Assembly: GCA_021788025.1 (NCBI GenBank)
Contig: JAJYLE010000002.1
Coordinates: forward strand, 1 to 51,614
DNA: 51,614 bases
Direction: 5' to 3'
DNA from: Nitrospirota bacterium
Lineage (GTDB): Bacteria; Nitrospirota; Thermodesulfovibrionia; Thermodesulfovibrionales; JdFR-88
In this document: positions 46,048-51,614 of the stretch, in pieces
Numbering within the stretch: position 1 is the stretch's first letter
How the letters are laid out: the number at the start of each line of letters is the position of its first letter
Translations under genes and position numbers: made by a program
Notes under the pieces: generated by a model
Told to the model about the DNA's origin: nothing
The model's database searches: none
The model's input: only the letters and a program-made list of their open reading frames with translations

Positions 46048-47106
46048 ATGAAGAACCTTAAGGGAAAGCGTATTTTAATTACCGGCGGCGCCGGTTTTCT
46101 GGGCTCGCATCTCTGTGAAAAACTGCTTTCGCACGGACACGACGTGCTATGCGCGGACAACTTCTTTACCGGCCGCAAGTCCAATATAGCACATCTGATG
46201 GACGCGCCTTTTTTCGAGGTTATCAGGCATGACGTCTGCTTCCCGCTTTACGTTGAAGTGGATGAAATATATAACCTGGCGTGCCCGGCCTCGCCGGTGC
46301 ACTACCAGACGGACCCGGTGCAGACAGTGAAGACGGCAGTGCTTGGGGCCATAAACATGCTTGGACTGGCCAAGCGGCTGAAAATCAGGATATTGCAGGC
46401 CTCCACTTCCGAGGTGTACGGGTGCCCGGAGACCCATCCGCAGCCGGAGGCATATTGGGGGCACGTTAATCCAATCGGGATCCGGTCGTGCTACGACGAA
46501 GGCAAGAGGTGCGCCGAAACCCTTTTTTTCGACTATCACAGACAACACGGCCTGGGCATAAAAGTTGCCAGGATATTCAATACGTACGGCCCAAGAATGC
46601 ACCCCAATGACGGCAGGGTGATCAGCAATTTCATAACACAGGCCCTCCTCAATATGGACATGACCATCTACGGCGACGGCATGCAGACCCGCAGCTTCTG
46701 CTATGTTGATGACCTGATAAACGGCATTGTTGCGCTGATGGACAGCCAGGACGATATCACCGGCCCGGTGAACCTGGGCAATCCCCGGGAGGTAACAATG
46801 CTCACTCTGGCGCAAACGATCAAGGACCTGGCCGGTTCAAAATCCAGGATAGTCTTCAAAAAGCGCCCCGCGGACGACCCCATGAGAAGGCGGCCCGATA
46901 TCACGATGGCTAGGGAAAAACTGGGGTGGGCCCCAACGGCCACTCTTGAGCAGGGGCTTAAATTTACAATTCTCTACTTCGAGCAGTTCATAAATAAAAA
47001 CGGCAAGCATGCCGCGCTGGATGAAAAAGACGGCATTAAGCCCGCCGTTTCTTCCGTGCACGCTGGCGATGAATACATGCGCCCCCTTGCAAGCCGGCTG
47101 CGTTGA
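46048..47106 (+). CDS. UDP-glucuronate decarboxylase (UDP-xylose synthase)-like SDR
   Basis: [50 protein letters not shown]-terminal extension of about 40 aa is present. Start at MKNLKG. Confidence 0.88.
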   Translation: MKNLKGKRILITGGAGFLGSHLCEKLLSHGHDVLCADNFFTGRKSNIAHLMDAPFFEVIRHDVCFPLYVEVDEIYNLACPASPVHYQTDPVQTVKTAVLGAINMLGLAKRLKIRILQASTSEVYGCPETHPQPEAYWGHVNPIGIRSCYDEGKRCAETLFFDYHRQHGLGIKVARIFNTYGPRMHPNDGRVISNFITQALLNMDMTIYGDGMQTRSFCYVDDLINGIVALMDSQDDITGPVNLGNPREVTMLTLAQTIKDLAGSKSRIVFKKRPADDPMRRRPDITMAREKLGWAPTATLEQGLKFTILYFEQFINKNGKHAALDEKDGIKPAVSSVHAGDEYMRPLASRLR

Positions 47107-47249
47107 CAAGCACCAATGATTTTGATAAAAGGGAAGAAGGTGCCTGCCTGCAAAAAGGCATGCGGCAAGGGACAGGGTAACAGGCAAAAGGTCCTGAAAT
47201 TTTTGCTCTTGCTGTCCCGGTATTATTCCCAAGTCTTAACCAAAAACAA

Positions 47250-48368
47250 ATGACAAAAAAAGTACTTATTACCGGCGGGGCCGGATTCATAGCTTCTCAT
47301 TTGGCCGACGAGCTTCTGGCGCACGGATATGCCGTGAAGGCCCTGGACAATCTTTCCCCCCAGGTGCACGGGCATGCCGCCAGAAGGCCCTCGTACCTTG
47401 ACAATGACGTGGAACTGCACACCGGTGACGTAAGGGACCGCCAGGCGGTAATAAAAGCGCTGGAAGGCATTGACGCCGTATTCCATTTTGCCGCGGCCGT
47501 AGGCGTGGGCCAGAGCATGTACAGGATAGCGGAGTACACGGAAGTAAACAATATGGGCACGGCAGTGCTTCTGGAGTGCCTATCGGCCCATCCGGTGCAA
47601 AAGCTGGTTGTGGCTTCCAGCATGAGTATCTATGGAGAGGGGCTCTATAAAACCACGGACGGCAGGCTGCATGAAAACGCTGAGCGCACACTTGAGGACA
47701 TCAAGGCCGGGTTCTGGGAGCCAAGGACCGCCGCGGGGCAACCGCTTACGCCTGTGCCAACACCGGAGGGCAAGCGCCCCAATCTGGCTTCGGTTTATGC
47801 GCTTTCGAAATACGACCAGGAAGTGATGTGCCTGATGGTGGGCAAGGCATACGGCATACCCGCCACAGCCCTCAGGTTTTTTAACGTATACGGCCCTAGG
47901 CAGGCGCTTTCCAATCCGTACACGGGCGTTCTTACCATCTTTGCCTCCAGGCTGCTCAACGGAAAGCCCCCAATGGTGTACGAAGACGGCATGCAGCAGC
48001 GTGACTTTGTAAGCGTTCACGACGTGGCAAGGGCGTGCAGGCTGGCGCTTGAGTCCGTAGAGGCTGGCGGCATGGCTTTCAACATTGGCAGCGGCATCCC
48101 GCAAAGCATTATAGGCACGGCAGAAAAACTGACACAGCTGATTGGGCGGCCCGGATCAGGGCCGCAGATTACAGGCAAATACAGGATGGGTGACATCCGC
48201 CACTGTTTCGCGGACATATCACTTGCAAAAGAGAAACTGGGCTATAACCCGGCGATTTCGTTCGAGCAGGGCATGACAGAGCTGGCCCAATGGCTGGAGG
48301 GCTCAGCCGCACTGGACAAACTGGAAGAGGCCCAGCAGGAGCTGGCCGAAAGGGGCCTGGTGGTCTAG
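47250..48368 (+). CDS. NAD-dependent epimerase/dehydratase (extended SDR, UDP-hexose 4-epimerase-like)
   Basis: [31 protein letters not shown]. Confidence 0.82.
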   Translation: MTKKVLITGGAGFIASHLADELLAHGYAVKALDNLSPQVHGHAARRPSYLDNDVELHTGDVRDRQAVIKALEGIDAVFHFAAAVGVGQSMYRIAEYTEVNNMGTAVLLECLSAHPVQKLVVASSMSIYGEGLYKTTDGRLHENAERTLEDIKAGFWEPRTAAGQPLTPVPTPEGKRPNLASVYALSKYDQEVMCLMVGKAYGIPATALRFFNVYGPRQALSNPYTGVLTIFASRLLNGKPPMVYEDGMQQRDFVSVHDVARACRLALESVEAGGMAFNIGSGIPQSIIGTAEKLTQLIGRPGSGPQITGKYRMGDIRHCFADISLAKEKLGYNPAISFEQGMTELAQWLEGSAALDKLEEAQQELAERGLVV

Positions 48369-48376
48369 GCGGAAAA

Positions 48377-49477
48377 ATGGAAGGCACGTCCGTACTGATA
48401 ACTGGCGGCGCCGGCTTCATAGGCTCCAATCTGGCGGAAAAATTCCTCTCCATGGGACGCCAGGTGCACATTCTCGATAATTTATCCAGGGCCGGTGTTG
48501 AGAGAAACCTGCTCCGGCTCAAGGAAAAATATGGCGGGCTTTTAGGGGTGGATATCGCGGACTTGAGAAACTTCAACTCCTTAAGACGCGCCGTAAGCAG
48601 GGCCGAAGCTGTCTTTCATCTCGCTGCGCAGGTAGCAGTTACCACAAGCCTCACAGACCCGGCGATGGATTTTGAGGTGAACGCCAGGGGCACGCTTAAT
48701 CTGCTGGAGGCGGTGCGGTCGGCCGCTCAGGTTTCAAAAAGGCCAGCTCCACCAATCATATTCACATCCACCAATAAAGTATATGGCGCGCTGGAAGACA
48801 TGCGTCTGGCCGCAAACGGCACAAGGTATTTGCCTGAATCTCCGGAGGTGCTTGCCTTCGGTGTAAACGAAAAAAGGCCGCTCGCTTTCCACAGCCCGTA
48901 TGGTTGCTCAAAAGGGGCGGCGGACCAGTATGTGCTGGATTATGCCAAGACCTTCGGGCTTACGGCGTCCGTTTTCCGCATGAGTTGCATATACGGGCCG
49001 CACCAGATGGGCACGGAGGACCAGGGCTGGGTAGCGCATTTTCTGATAAGCGCAATAGAGGGCCGCGCCATAACCATATACGGAGACGGAAAGCAGGTAA
49101 GGGACGTGCTGTTTGTGGGTGACCTGGTGGACGCCTTCCTGCTTGGGCTGAAGCACATTGAAAAAATATCCGGCAGGGCCTTTAACATTGGAGGCGGGCC
49201 TGGAAACTCCCTGAGCATACTTGAATTCCTGGATCTCATAGAAGAGGTGCGTGGCGAAAGGCCTGAGGTCTTCTTTGCCGGGTGGAGGCGCGCGGACCAG
49301 AAATATTTCATATCGGACACCCGGAATTTTACCAGAGCAACCGGATGGGCACCCAGAACGGACGTAATAACCGGGGTGGGCCGCCTGCACGACTGGCTTA
49401 TGGACAGCCTTGATCACGGCAGCGCCATATTCGCTGAAAAAAAGACAGGGGACGTTTCGGCAGGGGTGGGTCCGTAA
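48377..49477 (+). CDS. NAD-dependent epimerase (CDP-paratose 2-epimerase-like SDR)
   Basis: [50 protein letters not shown]. Start at ATG 48377. The track ORF extension from 48290 overlaps the upstream gene and is G/R-rich. Confidence 0.82.
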   Translation: MEGTSVLITGGAGFIGSNLAEKFLSMGRQVHILDNLSRAGVERNLLRLKEKYGGLLGVDIADLRNFNSLRRAVSRAEAVFHLAAQVAVTTSLTDPAMDFEVNARGTLNLLEAVRSAAQVSKRPAPPIIFTSTNKVYGALEDMRLAANGTRYLPESPEVLAFGVNEKRPLAFHSPYGCSKGAADQYVLDYAKTFGLTASVFRMSCIYGPHQMGTEDQGWVAHFLISAIEGRAITIYGDGKQVRDVLFVGDLVDAFLLGLKHIEKISGRAFNIGGGPGNSLSILEFLDLIEEVRGERPEVFFAGWRRADQKYFISDTRNFTRATGWAPRTDVITGVGRLHDWLMDSLDHGSAIFAEKKTGDVSAGVGP

Positions 49478-49481
49478 CCAT

Positions 49482-50774
49482 ATGAGATTTGCCCTTGTGC
49501 ACCCAAACTGGAGATTCGATGGCAGCGTTTATTTCGGCTGCCGCGAGCCTCATCTCCCGCTTGAACTGGCGTACGCAAAGGCCTGCCTTGAACAAAAAGG
49601 GCATGAGGCCATACTGGTTGACGGCCACATGGAGAGGCTGGGCCCGGTTGAAACAAATGACCGCATAAGGGATTTCAAGCCTGATTTTACCGTGCTTGAG
49701 ACCGCGCCCACATACCTGTTCTGGAGATGCACGCAGCCAGAGCTTAGCATACCCCTGCAACTGGCCAGGGTCATCCGGAAGTACGCAGGCACACTGGTTA
49801 TCGTCGGGCCGCACGCTTCAGCCACGCCCGCGGCTGCCGTGCACAAATTACAAGCGGATGCCGCGTTGCTGGGTGAGTTCGAGGATTCACTTTCCCTCCT
49901 ATGCGACAGGCCGGGCGCGCTGCCCTATTTTTTTGACGCAGCCAACCCGGGGCTTTTTGTGCCTGGCAGTGCCGTCCCGCACGAGGCGGACATCCGGCTT
50001 CTTCCACCGCTGAACTGGCCGGGAAAAACCATTGCCGCGCATAAGCACCACCATCACAGGTTCGACACTCCCGTTCCGGAAGGCCCGGCGGCGGAGATAG
50101 AGGCCTCCAGGGGATGCCCTTTTAAATGCCTTTTCTGCGCCAAGGAGAATTTCAGGAACTCTTACAGAAAACGCCCGCTTGAAAAAGTGCTGGCCGAGAT
50201 AAACAACCTGGCGTCAAAAGGAGCGGCATATCTCTATTTCATAGATGAGATATTCCTGCCGGACAACGCCCTGCTGGACGCCCTTTCGCAAACAGGGCTG
50301 AAATTCGGCATACAGACCAGGATAGACCTGTGGAGCGAGGGCCAGCTTGAGGCGCTGGGCAAGGCGGGGTGCGTTTCGATAGAGGCCGGGGTGGAAAGCA
50401 TAACCGAAACGGGCAGGATGTCGCTTGGCAAACGATGCCGCGCTTCCGGAGAGCAGATATTTGCGCTTTTGACCGCGGCAAAAAGGCACGTGCCTTTTGT
50501 GCAGGCAAACCTTGTGAAATCGAAAGACGACCACCCGGAAGCCGTAGATTCCTGGCGGCGTGAACTTTTAAGGCACGGTGTATGGGCAAACGACCCGGTA
50601 CCTGTGTTCCCGTATCCCGGCTCCCCTGCTTACAAAAAGCTATGGGGTGCGCCAGACGACTGGGCGTGGGAGCGCGCCCACGGACATTACCTGTGCATTT
50701 CGCAAAGGGAAGGGTTAAGCGAGATACAGGAGAAATACCCGGTTGGGCTGGAAAAGCTGGAAGCCGGCCGGTAA
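49482..50774 (+). CDS. B12-binding-domain radical SAM protein
   Basis: The N-terminal Rossmann-like block (MRFALVHPNW...LPLELAYAKACLEQKGHEAILVDGHM) resembles cobalamin-binding rSAM enzymes. Radical SAM triad CPFKCLFC. Start lies 4 nt after the upstream stop. Confidence 0.78.
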   Translation: MRFALVHPNWRFDGSVYFGCREPHLPLELAYAKACLEQKGHEAILVDGHMERLGPVETNDRIRDFKPDFTVLETAPTYLFWRCTQPELSIPLQLARVIRKYAGTLVIVGPHASATPAAAVHKLQADAALLGEFEDSLSLLCDRPGALPYFFDAANPGLFVPGSAVPHEADIRLLPPLNWPGKTIAAHKHHHHRFDTPVPEGPAAEIEASRGCPFKCLFCAKENFRNSYRKRPLEKVLAEINNLASKGAAYLYFIDEIFLPDNALLDALSQTGLKFGIQTRIDLWSEGQLEALGKAGCVSIEAGVESITETGRMSLGKRCRASGEQIFALLTAAKRHVPFVQANLVKSKDDHPEAVDSWRRELLRHGVWANDPVPVFPYPGSPAYKKLWGAPDDWAWERAHGHYLCISQREGLSEIQEKYPVGLEKLEAGR

Positions 50775-50807
50775 GACAATTGCATTGAATGGAGGGTTTT
50801 AAAAGAA

Positions 50808-51614
50808 TGTCTTTTCGCATCCTGATGACGGCCGACACAGTTGGTGGGGTCTGGGTTTATGCGCTGGAACTGGCACGCGGCCTTGAGAAAAAAGGCGTTG
50901 AAGTTATCATGGCCCTGATGGGCGGGCACATGTCACCGTCGCAGAAGCAAGAGGCCGCGGAGATACCAGGCCTGCGGGTATTTGAAAGCGATTACAAACT
51001 TGAATGGATGGAAACCCCGTGGCATGATGTTGAGCAGGCAGGCGATTGGCTTCTGGAACTGGAGACCTGCTTCCGGCCCGATATAATACATCTGAACGGT
51101 TTTGCGCACGGCCCGCTGCCATGGAAGGCCCCTGTGTTCATGGTCGGCCATTCCTGCGTGCTTTCATGGTGGCAAGCCGTGAAAAAAACCCCGCTTCCGG
51201 GCCAATGGAGCATATATGAATCCAGGGTGAGAAACGGGCTTATGTCGGCTGACATGATAGCGGCCCCTTCACAGGCCATGCTGGATAATTTGCACGGTCA
51301 CTATGGGCCTCTGCCAAACGGGAGGGTGATACTGAACGGACGAGACCCCGATTGCTTTTTCCCCGGAGCCAAGGAGCAGTTCATAATCACTGCCGGCAGG
51401 CTTTGGGACGAGGCAAAAAATATCCGTGTTCTGGCCAGGGCGGCGCGAAATACGGACTGGCCGGTATGCGTAGCCGGGGAGACCCGCCATCCAGACATGG
51501 GCATCTCGTCTGAAAACGCACAGACAGCACACCTTTCAGGCGATTTCACGGACCTGCACCAGATAGGCTACGTGTCGCAGCCGCTGATGGCCAAGTGGCT
51601 TTCCAGGGCATCCG
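50808..51614 (+). CDS. GT-B (family 4/1-like) glycosyltransferase, 3' end beyond window
   Basis: GGAGGG lies 10 nt upstream of ATG 50808. The frame stays open to the window end (269 codons). Manual translation gives MSFRILMTADTVGGVWVYALELARGLEKKGVEV..., a typical GT4 N-terminus. It is not in the ORF track because no stop lies inside the window. Confidence 0.7.

Noticed and set aside
48290-48376. G/R-rich 29-codon extension of the third SDR gene.
   Set aside because: It overlaps the end of the preceding gene. The Rossmann motif follows directly after Met 48377.
1-51614. Scan for CRISPR arrays, tRNA/rRNA genes, IS elements, integrases and toxin-antitoxin pairs.
   Set aside because: No regularly spaced repeats, no T-arm or anticodon-arm cloverleaf candidates, no transposase or integrase-like ORFs, and no small toxin partner next to the XRE gene could be found by eye. 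Absence claims from manual reading are tentative.

Overview
This 51.6-kb window is a densely packed chromosomal stretch with about 50 protein genes on both strands, most of them housekeeping. They include hisA/hisF, tilS, miaB, mtaB, gltX, proS, gpsA, purM, glnA, pepA, ffh, trxA, a TlpA-like oxidoreductase, a TrxR-like flavoprotein, an MsbA-like ABC exporter with two GT2 glycosyltransferases, the futalosine-route menaquinone genes mqnE and mqnC, an MtaD-type deaminase and a secreted hexaheme cytochrome c. The gene content suggests a diderm, probably anaerobic or microaerophilic bacterium, but I cannot name the taxon from sequence alone. I found no rRNA, tRNA, CRISPR array, transposase or integrase.

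The best candidate for something new is a 35-codon ORF at 19357-19464 (minus strand), too short for the supplied ORF track. It has a consensus Shine-Dalgarno (SD) sequence and an ATGA stop/start overlap with a radical SAM/SPASM enzyme (18224-19360). The pair heads a tight operon that continues through mqnE, mqnC and the TrxR-like flavoprotein. It looks like a peptide-maturase (RiPP-like) pair of a kind I do not recognise.

Other observations worth a second look:
- 64-bp imperfect direct repeats bracket a solitary DNA-repair-type radical SAM gene.
- A nucleotide-sugar cluster (three SDR enzymes, a B12-binding radical SAM enzyme and a GT4) runs off the right edge.
- A TVP38 / EEP / PLD lipid-type module.
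- An M23 peptidase-bactofilin pair.
- A DHH-CBS-nucleotidyltransferase fusion protein.
- An orphan membrane-anchored TAXI protein.
- Two noncoding patches (24.06-24.31 kb and 30.95-31.36 kb) with operator-like dyads, sigma70-like promoters and a nested GC-rich stem-loop.

All functional calls come from motif recognition by eye. No database search was run.
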